NCBI GenBank assembly: GCA_029561735.1 | Contig: JAKQWZ010000019.1 | Coordinates: 19,388-83,387 of the forward strand | Length of the DNA stretch: 64,000 nucleotides | Direction of reading: 5' to 3' | Origin: Candidatus Omnitrophota bacterium | GTDB taxonomy: Bacteria; Omnitrophota; Gorgyraeia; Gygaellales; Profunditerraquicolaceae | In this document: positions 50,401 to 62,400 of the stretch, in pieces | Layout of the letters: the number at the start of each line of letters is the position of its first letter | How positions within the stretch are numbered: position 1 is the first letter of the stretch | Program-made: the position numbers and the translations under genes | Notes under the pieces: model-generated | Seen by the model: the letters and a program-made list of their open reading frames with translations, nothing else | The model's database searches: none | What the model was told of the DNA's origin: nothing

Positions 50401-53400
50401 TTCGGCTAATGCTATGCAATTTCTCTGGCGCAACATATAATTACGCATTGAATTAATGCTATAGCCTTTTATTTTTTTGACGATTTCTGCGGCTTCCTTG
50501 GAGCCGGGATCAATAAAGCGCTTTAATAATTCTGCCAGATACGGCTTTACTTCTTGCCAATTATCTAAATTGTGATCAACCCTTACCCTTTCAACTGCTT
50601 TTTGGAAATCTACTGCCGGCGCAGGCAATGGTTTTTCAAAAAGAGAGTAATAAATTCTGACTTTATCCTGAGTAAACATATCATGGTAGAAACTGGCCGC
50701 GTGCTGTTGAACAAAGAATTCGCTCTTGCGCGCATCGCTATAACGCAAACCTAATTTTCTGCCTGCGTTTTTCAGATCTCTAACCAGCCGGGCATATTCT
50801 GTTTCTAAATATAATTTCCCTCCGGGCTTCAAAACTGCAAGAATACCGTTCAAGTTAGCGTAAAAGCTCTCCGTTGGTTTTTTTCGGGAAGTATATTTGA
50901 ATACTGCATCGTCGCCGTTTAAATTAGGGAATTGCACAATGACAAAATCCGCTGTTGAGGGTTCGATCTGCCCCTGCAGTACTCTCAAACTATCTCCGTG
51001 GAAAATATGTATATTCTTTATTCCCAGCTTATCTGCCTCAGTTTGCAATTTTTCAACCAAATATTGATCTACTTCTATCAGATAATAATCAATATCCGGA
51101 TTGTTAATCGCCCGCTGGATTGCTGCCTTGCCATTGCCAAACCCGAGCTCAATACCTATCGCCCTATCAGAACTTGTGGCTTCCTGCCCTTCAAAAAATG
51201 CCGGGTCATTGGCAAATGCGTGGCCTACACCGTAGCGTTTTTCGCTGTACTTTATGGTATAAGAATTTTCTAATTGCCTAACCTGCTCAATATCGCTGCC
51301 GGGAATCAGCACAAAAATAAAATCACCGCTGCGTAGTTCATAATATGCCTTTATTTGTGTGTTGCCGCCTAACTTGTGATAAACCTCAAAAGGATAGCGC
51401 CAGATTTTTGGCCGGGCGGTTAAAGAGCGTTTTATCCAAAGCTCGCCATCCTCATCGTCTTCTACGGAAAAAAGCAATTTATCCGCTGCTCCGGACAGAT
51501 CATTTTCATAGACTGCCAGCTCAATTGCCCCTTGCTGCCATAATTTATGCCGCGCAATCCGCACGCACATCCGGCTATCTTCGCCAGCGCCTAAACGCCA
51601 TGATGTATTGGTGAAAAATGCTCCGTCATTGGCAAATGCGTGGCCTACACCGAAACGCGGCTGTGCAAGATCAATCAATCGCTGAAGCCCAACAGGCATA
51701 CCTCTGGAAGTTTTTTCTTTTAGCCGGTAATGCATTAATAACCCGCCTAGAGTTTTGCCTGCGCATCTTTTAATCGGTACGGAAAAATCAGCCAGTTTTT
51801 CCACTGGCCTACCCAGCTCTTCTACCAATAACCTGATAAACCCTATTTGTATATCTTCCGGAACATTATCCCAGCGGTTAATTCTGCCTTTGCTTAGCTT
51901 CTTGACAAAATAATCCAGTGTCAGATTCTGGTTGAGTCCTATCCTCTCCTTAATATGAGCTAAAACATCAGCAGCGCTCTCTTTTGGATACTGCTTTCGA
52001 TAATATTTCCATAATGACATTAATGATTTATTGCCTAATGCCTTTACCTTCAAGGTAAAATCAGTGCTGCTTAATTCGCCGGCGTCTTTTTTCTTATGTT
52101 TTAAGGCAAGCTCAATAAAATATCGTTGCACATCCAAAGGCACCTGCTCCCATTTATCAAAATGCTTCTGCCTGATAAAAAATCTTATCCACTCTTCGGC
52201 GCTAACCGGATGCTCTTTGATACCTAGCACTTCTTTTATTTTTAATACCACCTCCGGGCGGGATAATTCCGGATACCTTCGGCAATAATAAGTAAGCATC
52301 CCACCCAGGCTTTTTCCCGCTAATAATTTTAATGGCGCTACAAAGTTATAAACCATCACCTGGAAAGATAATTTTCCGCGTTCTTTCGCGGCCTCTTCAA
52401 CAAATTCTCTTTGAATATCTAATGGCGCTTCCGACCAGCAATGGAGCATGCCACTCTTTACTTTTTCCACCCATTCACTAAAACTTAATCCCTGCTGCTT
52501 GATTCCTAGCTTTTTCATAATCAACCGGTTAATCTCATCAGGGGTTGCCGGCTGATGCTGACGGGCATAATAACTGAATAATCCGCTAAGCTGCCTGTTG
52601 CCTAAAATAGCGATCGGCTTGCGGTAATCCTCGCTTTTAAACTGCCCGGGCAGCTTTCCTAATTCAGCAGCTGCCAATTCAATAAATCTTTTCTGCGCTC
52701 TTTCCGGGATTTTGCGCCAAAGAGTAAATTGTCTTTTTTGAATAAAATCAGTAAATATTTTTTCCGGCATTGCCCCTATTGCTACCGGCAGGCTAACCAA
52801 ATCCTCTTGTTCTGTACCTTCTGGCTGCCTGTGATAAATCCGGACCATTGCCCGGTGAATAAAATCTTCCCAGTTATCAGGCGCTATTGCTCCTGCAGCG
52901 ATAAAATTATCCACGCAATACAATGCCCTATTAAGGCATTCGGCTAACAACTCTTCAGTTTTGCCCTCTTGGATCATCCGGTCAAGGCGGGCTAACTCTA
53001 TAATTGATTCTTTGCGCCACGGCGTTGCCTGTTGAGTAGCTTTTTCCTGCCCAAGCAATGCTCCCAGGCAAAACACCGGAGAAACGAAAAGCCCAAAGGA
53101 TGAATGATGATGGACGAGGAGCGATAGAAGGGCCAATATCAATATGCCGGCAAGCAATCCGGATTCGCCGGCTGAGCTTTGCAGCGCCTTTATAATTTTT
53201 GTTTTGGCTCTTTGCAAAGCGTTATCTATTTTTTTGACCCCGACTTTTAAAGTTTCTGCTGCTTCGGCATATGAATCGCCCATGCGCGCTTTAAGCTCAA
53301 AAGCTAGCCTCTCAATCGGCGATAAATTAGCTGCGGCTATCAATTGCCTGAGAACTTCCTGGTTAATACTATGCATAAATGCGTCTTCGGCAGGCGGATC

Positions 53401-56400
53401 AGGAAGCTGGTCGCCGATTTCTTCACTATCATCTTCAAACCTGTATCCGTTTAAAGAAAGATTATTCGGATCCCTTAAGTAGCTCTTAATAGCGCTGCGC
53501 ATAGCATTTTGAGCTGCCCCGCGTAAGTACTTCGCTAAGCTTCCCTTATTATGGTCATATCTTCCGGAGCGTAGCGCCTGATCCATCCTTTCTTCGCATA
53601 GAACAATTAATTCATCTGTTTCCAAACCCGGATAATCTCTGTGTGTTTTCACAGCCTCTATGCGGGCTATCCATCTGTGCTTTTCTAAAATATCTTCTTC
53701 ACTTTCGCCAAATCCGTTTAGCTCATTACTCCTTCTGGTAATCCGGCGCAAAATATCCCGGCGCTCTTTTTTTCTGCCTGCTTCGATAAATAAAGCCACC
53801 TCATCATTGGCTAATTGTTTTTCGGCTTGAACTAATTCTACGTCTGACAAAGCGCTTTCTGCGGGCTGATTAGCCTCTGCAGCCATCGCCTCTGCCTCCA
53901 AAGTTAAGCCGATCTGCCTGCGCACCACATAAGCCACATACTGCTTCCACATCATTTGCTGGTGTTTAGCTACTATAGCTTCCCGGCGCCTTCTTTCTAA
54001 TCGCGCTTTCTGCTCTGCTCTTTCTTGCTGCCGGGATATCCGCGCTGCTTTACTGGCTTCTTTTTGCGCCAAGCGCTCTACTTCTTTTGCCTTTTTAAAT
54101 TCCGCAACAGCATTATCTGCATCTCTGCGGATTTCCTCCTCCCATTCCCCGGGGCTTTGCGCAATAAAATCCAATCCGGTATGGGTTTCAAAAACTTGCG
54201 GTTGCATTTCTGCTTCAATTTCAAGCTTACGCACTTCCAAGCTCTTTAAAGCCCTGCCTACTCCGGATATATGCCAACCACTCTTTCTCTGCCCAGAACT
54301 GGAATAAATCCTTACCGGAGCCATGTCAGCTAAAATAGCTCTGACTTTATCTGCATCAACGCCATATTTTTCCAGCAACTTAACCAAATTTTTAGCCGCC
54401 ACATTACGCATACTGAATACCGAATCTTTAGTTTTATCCATTGCCTGCATTATGGCCGGCATATTCTGTTTATCAACAAAATATGCTTTTAGTATCGCGG
54501 TATTGTCTTTGGTGAATTTCAAGCCGTCTATCACCCAGCCTCCGGCGATAACAGCTTCCAGCTCAACAATAATCTGGCCCAAGTATTTTGGTAAATCTGC
54601 TAACCTATCTTTAGTTAAAACCGGCCCGATTATCTTTTTATCCAGCTCCGATTCCAGTATTTGGTAAACCCTGCTTTTTGCTTCACCCAAAGCCCGGGCA
54701 ACTGCTTTTACTCCGTCGCAGCGGTAAGCAGCGATATTCTGCACTCTTTCTAACTCAAAATTTGCGGCAATCTGCTCTTCAGTTAAAGCTTCCAAATAAT
54801 ACAGTTTTAAAGTTTCCCTCCACACCGGCCTCAGGCCTTTAACCGAGGCTTGCGGATTTGTTACAATCCTGATTATTTCCCGGCTTAATTCCTGATCAGT
54901 TATTACAGGAACAACTGATCCATTTTGCACCAGCCCGAACAATACAGGTAACCCTACAAGTAGGGACGGTTCTGAAATTACCTTCAAAGGTGTCCCCGAC
55001 AGGAACGCTTCTGTGAGGGAATTCAGAACCGTCCCTAAAGAGGCAACAAGCTCGCGGCCAAAGAGCAAGGCCGCCAGAGCCAGCAAGCCTACAACCACCG
55101 CAGCAATAACTCCTATACGACCCTTGCTATCTAGAAGTAGGTTATCGGCAACCGCTTTAGCTGCCCAAAATTCTTCAGCATAAAATCTTTCCAGCTCTGC
55201 TCTTTTATTGCGATAAGCCGGATTAAAAGCAGGGATATTATGCGGCGGCACTGCGGGATACCGGAAATACCCCATCAGATCATCGATCATCGGGAATACT
55301 TCACTATGAATAGTATCATCGTCTTCTAAATACATCTGCTCCTGAGCTAGCCCTATATCCTTAAAGGCAAGGCCAAAATCAGCAACGTGCATAATTTTTA
55401 GTTTACCGTCAGGCTCTCTAATAAGCCTGAAATTACCCTTATGCATATCAGAACGCGGAGCTGTTATTGTTCCGTTTCCTAAAACAGAGGTTTTCATCCT
55501 TGAGTTAATCCAACCTAAAGCGTGCAAACGCGCAAGAATGCTTAACACCTGCTCCGACACGCTCTGCGCCTGCTCAAAATCAAGCATATCCGGACGGATA
55601 TTTTCCAGCCTTTTCGCGTCCTGATATTCAAAAGCCGTGATAACCAGCGGCCCTTGCGCAGTGTAGACGATCTGCCTGCCAAAGGCGTCAATCACACAAT
55701 CGGTATTGACTAATTTAAAAATGGGCAATGTTACCCCTGCGTTAGCGCCAAAATTATTTACCAGATCAGCAGAAACATCAAAATCACTTTCCGATAAGAG
55801 ATGCCTGCCGTATTCAAACATATCCCCGGTCATTTTAAATTCCATAGCATCAGTCACAACACCTGACTGCATGATAAAGATTATCATCCTGCGGAAAGAT
55901 TCGGTTATAGGCGTCATATATACATCTCCAAATAAATGCGTGTATATACCATTATCCAAAGCGTATTGCAACGGCGGACGCGGATCTTTGGCGCTTATTT
56001 CAGGCGGATATTCCTGACGTAATTCACTGCCCAAATGGATAAGCTCGCGCAAATTCTGCATATCAATGAACAAATTCAGGATACCCGGATGTTTCTGCGC
56101 AAAACTACTAACAGCTATATCTTCTCCGGAATCAAGGAAAGTAAATTTACTGCAGGAAGTAGCGATTACAGCAATCAAACATACCGCAAGCAGGGACGGT
56201 TCTGAAATTACCTTCAAAGGTGTCCCCTCTGGTGACAGTTGTGTAAAGAAAATCAAAACCACCCCTAACAATATCACTTGCATAGGTTTTTCACTAACAG
56301 CGGTACGGATTTTACCCGATAGCCGATAAAACCAATCTTTTACTCTGGTAAATAATTCCGGCCAGCAAGAAAGTTCTTTGGCTTCTTTATGGAGAGAAAT

Positions 56401-59400
56401 AACTCTATGGAATATTTCATCGTGGCCATGGAAAACCTGATGCTGCAGCGCCCTTAATGCGTAGTGGCATTTTACGGATTCCGGGACGTTTTCCGGGGTA
56501 AAACCGTTTTCTTCCAGTTTTTGTTCGTAGAATCTCTGGTCAGTTACAAAAGCAAGGATTTCGTCTGCGGTAATTAACTCTGCGGCATTGGCTGCGTGGC
56601 CTAATTCGTGGAACTGGGCAAGCGGATTATCAAAAATACTGCTGTGTAAGCCGACTACCGGCGCACCGTCATACATCGCGGCAAAACCGGGAATATCCAG
56701 ACTACGGTCAATTTCTATCAATAAGGAACGCGGGTCTTCGGTGATATCTACAAGGATTATCTCTAAGGCGCTGTCAATATCACTGATCCCTATACGGGTA
56801 AAATCCGCAAATCTCTCCGGAGGCGCGCGTATGCCGTGGATAGTGGCTTCTTCTTTTTGCTTAGCCCCAAACCTGCGGATCATCGCCTTGATTATCACCT
56901 GATCATCCGGCAAAATCTCCAGCGACTCTATTTCTATACTCTCATATTTTCCTATAGCACCGCATTTTGGCTCAGTTTCAGCTGATTCCCGTGCAGAAAC
57001 AGGGACAGAATTATTGCTTCCGCCTCCAGACAACTTCCAAAGCGCTAATCCGGCTATTGCAATTAATCCAGCAAACGAAGTGGCAAGTGGCAAGTTGCAA
57101 GTTACAAGTGGGATGGAAAATGCTGGAGAAGCAATAAACAATAAAACTAATAGTGGTAATACAACAAATCTAAATAGCGGAGCCCAATTTATTCGGGATT
57201 TTCCCTGCTCCACAATGCCTCTTTGTTCCAATAATTTCTCGATATTCCCGTTTGCTTCAATCAAGTCTGAATGCGTTACCACCCGGGCAAGCAATTCTTC
57301 ATATAGATCCTGAGAAATAGCCCTGCCCTCCTTTGCAACTTTTAATCCCGATTCAAAGAATTCTTTTTCTTCATCAATAATCAAGTATATGAGATGTAAT
57401 TTGCGCGGAATGCCGAATATATAATGATACCAAGGATAAGCTGCAGCTTCTTTGACAATTGCACGATATTGAAAGCCTCTCATAAATAAATAGCCGCATC
57501 GGCTGAATTCTTCAATAGTCTCACCTTCAAATCCGCGGGCAAAAGATGAACCATCGCAATAATACTTTGCCAGATAGATTAAATTACGCAAAGCAATTGC
57601 TCCTAAAAGATAAAATACAATACTATAATTACAATGATATAAACAAAATACTCCCAACCCGAATAATAGAACCAATGTAAATGACTTAACGCCTATTCTA
57701 GAATCAAGCCCGGGATGGATTCTTCCAACAAGCATAATATTAAGCAGATTATATTTCCCGCCGTAATCCGCCGCGGCTGTATGCTGCCAATAATTTGTGC
57801 TTTGCGCTAATTCTTTAATTCTCTCATTCTGACTTAGTATCTTCTCTTCTATATCATTATGCTCACGCCAATTTCGTCCTCTTTCCCACCCACCCCAACT
57901 GCCGGGAGCAATGCCAAGAAAACCTACAAGATCCATTGGCCAGCCAAATAATTTATAAATAAACTTCCTTACTTGAACAGATAAGCTATTGGCCTGACAT
58001 TTAAACTTATCAGATATATCAATTCCCAGATAGCTGTAAACTCTTTTGACGTTTTTCCAACTTTGTTGATCTAGGTAATTGATATTACAAATGACAAGTT
58101 CAGTGGCGGCAATAGATACGTCTAAAATAGAAAAAATAATTTCGTCTAAACAATGCCAATGATATTCACCTATCCTTGTTGGCCATACTAATAAGGCTTC
58201 TACGATCTGATCGGGAGAAATGATATAGCCTGCCTGTCGGCGGATAACTTCTGCGGCTATTGAGAAAGTCCTGCCGACTAACTCCGGCGGGATATCTTTT
58301 GACTTAATATCTTTAAATTCTTCCTTGAGCAATTCAATTTCCCGCTTTAGCTGATTTTCGGATATCCCTTGAAGAAGTTTTTCGCGTAAAGCAAGGATAA
58401 ACTGCGCCTGTTCTTTTAAGTCTTCCGGCCAGATATATTCTGACGCGAATACTGTTCCGTCTTCAGTTACCGGCGCAACGACCTTTGGAACCGCAGAACC
58501 AATTACATTTGGCTTTTTCTGGAAAAATCCGGCAATCACTAACATTGCCAAAACAGCTAATCCAACTATTGCAATTAATTCAGCTGCGCCTGCGGGTGGA
58601 GCGTGGGGCTGGACCGATTTCCAGAACTGCTCAAGGCCGCCCGAGTAAAAACCATCCAACATGCCGGCAAAAGGAAGGACTAATAAAAACGGCATCCCAG
58701 ATTTAGCAGCCGGCACATTAGTAACTTGGGCGGCTCTTTCTGACAGCTGCTTACCCTCCTCAATTATCTGCGAGTAAAGATGCAAGGCTTGTTGCGAGTC
58801 GCGATCCAATACAAAATAATAAATGGATAATAATTCCTTATCTGTCAGATGGGCACGCCCTTTGTAGAAATACTTAGCCAATAAGCCTTCAAAATATTTT
58901 ATTTGCATATCAGTATAGCCGCTGCGGGCTTTGAATTCGTTTCGTTTTTGGCGGGCATACCTAGCTTCCTTAACTAATACACAGCTTACGTAAATAACCG
59001 ATATTGCTATCCATGTAATAGCCAAAATCACCAGCCACTCGGATAAACTTCCCGGCCAGCCAATAGCTACAAATCCTAAACAGCCCATGCCTTTCCATAA
59101 ATCATCAGGGTTGTCGCGCATCAGGCTGCGGATTGTTTTAGCAAATTCCTGGGGAGAAAAACTGAATTGCTTCCCGCTACTTTGGTTACCCCAGCCAGGC
59201 CATAATTTTGCCATCCTGCGATTAATGGTCAGATTAGCGCGGTAAAATCTCCCCTTGACTGTAGGCACACTTACACCCAGTAATCCGGCTATTTCTCTTA
59301 AATTGTAGCCTTGCATTGCCAAAGCCACTACTTCCCGGCGTTCTGACGGCAATGATCTAATAATATCCTGTATTGCTAAAACCTGCTCTGCACACGCCAT

Positions 59401-62400
59401 GTCCGAAGCAAAAGTATCAGCTTGCGCCGGAGTAAGTTCGTCATAAAGCTGAGCCTCGCTCTTAGGTGATCCCATTGCCTCATTATAAGGTAAATCAACG
59501 ACTAACGCCTCACGCCTGCGTTTTTTGACGGCGTTATAAATCAGGTTATGTATAGAGGCATAAATGATGGTTTTAAAGCTCGAGAGGCATTTGAAATTGC
59601 GGCAGCATTTTAAAAATACTACTTCTAGATCAGCCAGCTCAATTTCCAGCTCTTCCAATCTAAAGCCAAATCCGGCGGCGAAAGTAAAGGCAGTGCCCAT
59701 TAAATAGGTATTCAGGCCTTTTTTGCAGTCTTCATTGATAAACCTCTGTACTTCTTGACGCGCTGCCTCGCTCTTAAAGCCGATTTTATCGTCTTCTATC
59801 TGCACCCTAGCCAGATCCGGCCCGCCGCCGTAATTTATCGGGCCGTCATACGGAGCCACATCCGGCCTTGACCCGCCTTCGCTAGTAATAGAAGAAATTA
59901 CCTCGGAAGGATGCGTATAAAACACCTGTTCATAAATGCTGTAGCCTTTATCCAGATCAATGCTGCCAACGCGCTCCCTGAAACACAGAGGAAAGATTAT
60001 TTGCGGCTCCCCGGGCAATTTTGTCATTTGTAGAATAAAGTGCGCGTCTTTAGCCTCAACTGTCTTGATGCCAACTGCCCTGCATTGTTTATTAAGAAAA
60101 TCTATAATTCTGTCGTAATCAACGCTTGTGACAATGGCACTGTTATCAGTATTCCTGGAGTTTAATATCTTGCGCGGGTCAAAATGCAAAGAGGATATCC
60201 CGTCTACCTGCAAAATCCGATGCGCCTCTTCAAAAGCAATAACCGGATCATAAACGTAAGGCAAGGCATAAGTAGACATTACTATATGGAATGAATCATA
60301 GGCAAAAGGCAGGTTCTGACTGTCCGCGCAGACAACATGAATCCCTTTCCCGCGTAATTCTTCGCTGCGCTGCTGTGAACTAAAATTACGCAGCGTTGTG
60401 CCCACCACAAAGATCTTATCGCCGAAAACCTCTTTAATTTCTTCCAAGGCAACTGCCCGGCCGCAGCCGATATCGAGTATACGCAGTGGATTTTCAGCAG
60501 AAGCGTTGAAATATTTTATCATTGCCGAAATTATGTTATAGAAATTTACTCCGTGGATTTCGTTATATCCGTCCTCTCCGCGCACTCCCCGTAGAGTCTT
60601 CATCTTACCGGATAATTTTCCTGATTGAAATACTGCCCCCAGGCCCTCAATATATTGCTGGCTCGAATAGAATTTACGATATTCCGGGTCATTGCGGCGC
60701 CCATACTGACGCATAGCATGAACACTGCGCCAAACTTCATCTACAACAGGTTTAACCGGCTCTTCTGTTTCAGGAGCAACAATGCTTTCTTCTTTAATTA
60801 CTCCCTGCCAATAGGCAAAATTCTCTGTCTCCAAAGCCACAAACTCATCTATATCGCTTCTTAATCCTCTATTTCTTCCTGCGACAAAAGCCGGGAATAG
60901 AACCGCGTAATACTGCCGGCTATCCAGGAGGCCTGAATCTACCAAGGATTTTCCGAATTTAAAATAGGCGCAAGCTGCCTCAAGCACATCGTCATTGATA
61001 TTGGCTTCCTGCAAAAGATGTTCTACTGTCTCCCCTACGTAACAGAATGCCTTGGCATACTGATTGGCATCCATAACTAAATGCAGGAAACGCAGACTCT
61101 CTTCTTCGCGCATAAGGCATTCACCGCTAGCTATCATCAGAGGCAGATACAAAGGCTTGTCGCCTGCGGAATAAGAAAAATTGTATTCCGGAAAATCTTC
61201 ACAAATAAAAGCATTACTGTCTAAACCTGATAATTCTCCCAAGCCGCGCCTAATTATACGCTCGTGCATGCGCGTGCCAGGAAAAGATATAACTTGCGGG
61301 CTAATCGGGCCTAAGCCGCCTTCCAGTGCCGGCATAACAATACGGCTTACCCGGCGTAAAGCATCAATATCTTCCGAAGAAACAGAACCCGGATTAACCA
61401 GAATATAATTTGCATCCTGACTGCCGCGCATAAGCTCTATTACGCCCTCCGTAAGATCCTGCCTGTGTTCACTTGCTCCGTTTAATATAACCAGCCTCGT
61501 TTTTTCTTTGAAACTGCGGTCATCCACAGCCACCGCCAGATTACGAATAGTCTCAAGCACGTCCTTAAGCCGGGTGTCAATGTTGGTTAAAATAAGATAC
61601 TGAATACTGGGGATGCCCAGATGGCGCAGGCATACCACTACTTTTAAGATATCTTCAAACTTGTAACCCTTATTTTGCCGCGCCAATTCTTCGTCGGTAA
61701 ATGCATCTGTGCCGATGGCTAATCCCATCTCCGAGAATATATAGTTATTTTCGCCGTAAAGCGCATGCAATTTCTGCACAAAGTCCGTGTTGATCTCATT
61801 TTGTACTTTTCCCGCAGCATCACTGTGTTTCTCCAGAAATACATTATCGGAAGTCTGGATATGGCGCACGCGCAATTTCGCTAAACCCGGATCACTTGCC
61901 CATTTCCTTAATATCTCCAAACCGCGCTCACCGCACTCTGCCAGGAAAAAGTCATCATCTACAAAATCCACCACACAGAAATTTTCTATATCTATACCAT
62001 GAGTTTGTGCATACTCCGCAAACCTCTTCAACTCCCTTATCACTGCTTCAGGCGGCATTGCCCTCACATGCTTTCCATGCACGGCGGAACAGAAAACACA
62101 CCCACGGTTACAGCCGCGCGAAGTCATCAGCTGCAGAATAATTGGCGGCGTGTTGGTTAGATCAAGGAAAGAATAATCAAGTTCGAGGTTGGTTAACTCT
62201 TCGACACTAAGGCGATTGGGCTGGCCGCTTGCGCAGTCTATCAATACATTGCCCTGTCTGAAGATAAATCCTCCGAGTTCCAACAGCTCCGTTAATATCC
62301 GGCTGGGAACGCTGTGGCTACCCATGATCTTAAGCATTCCCGGAAAAACAATTTCTGCTTCTCCGGCAAAAACAATATTCGCCTCGGGAAGCTGGGCCGC

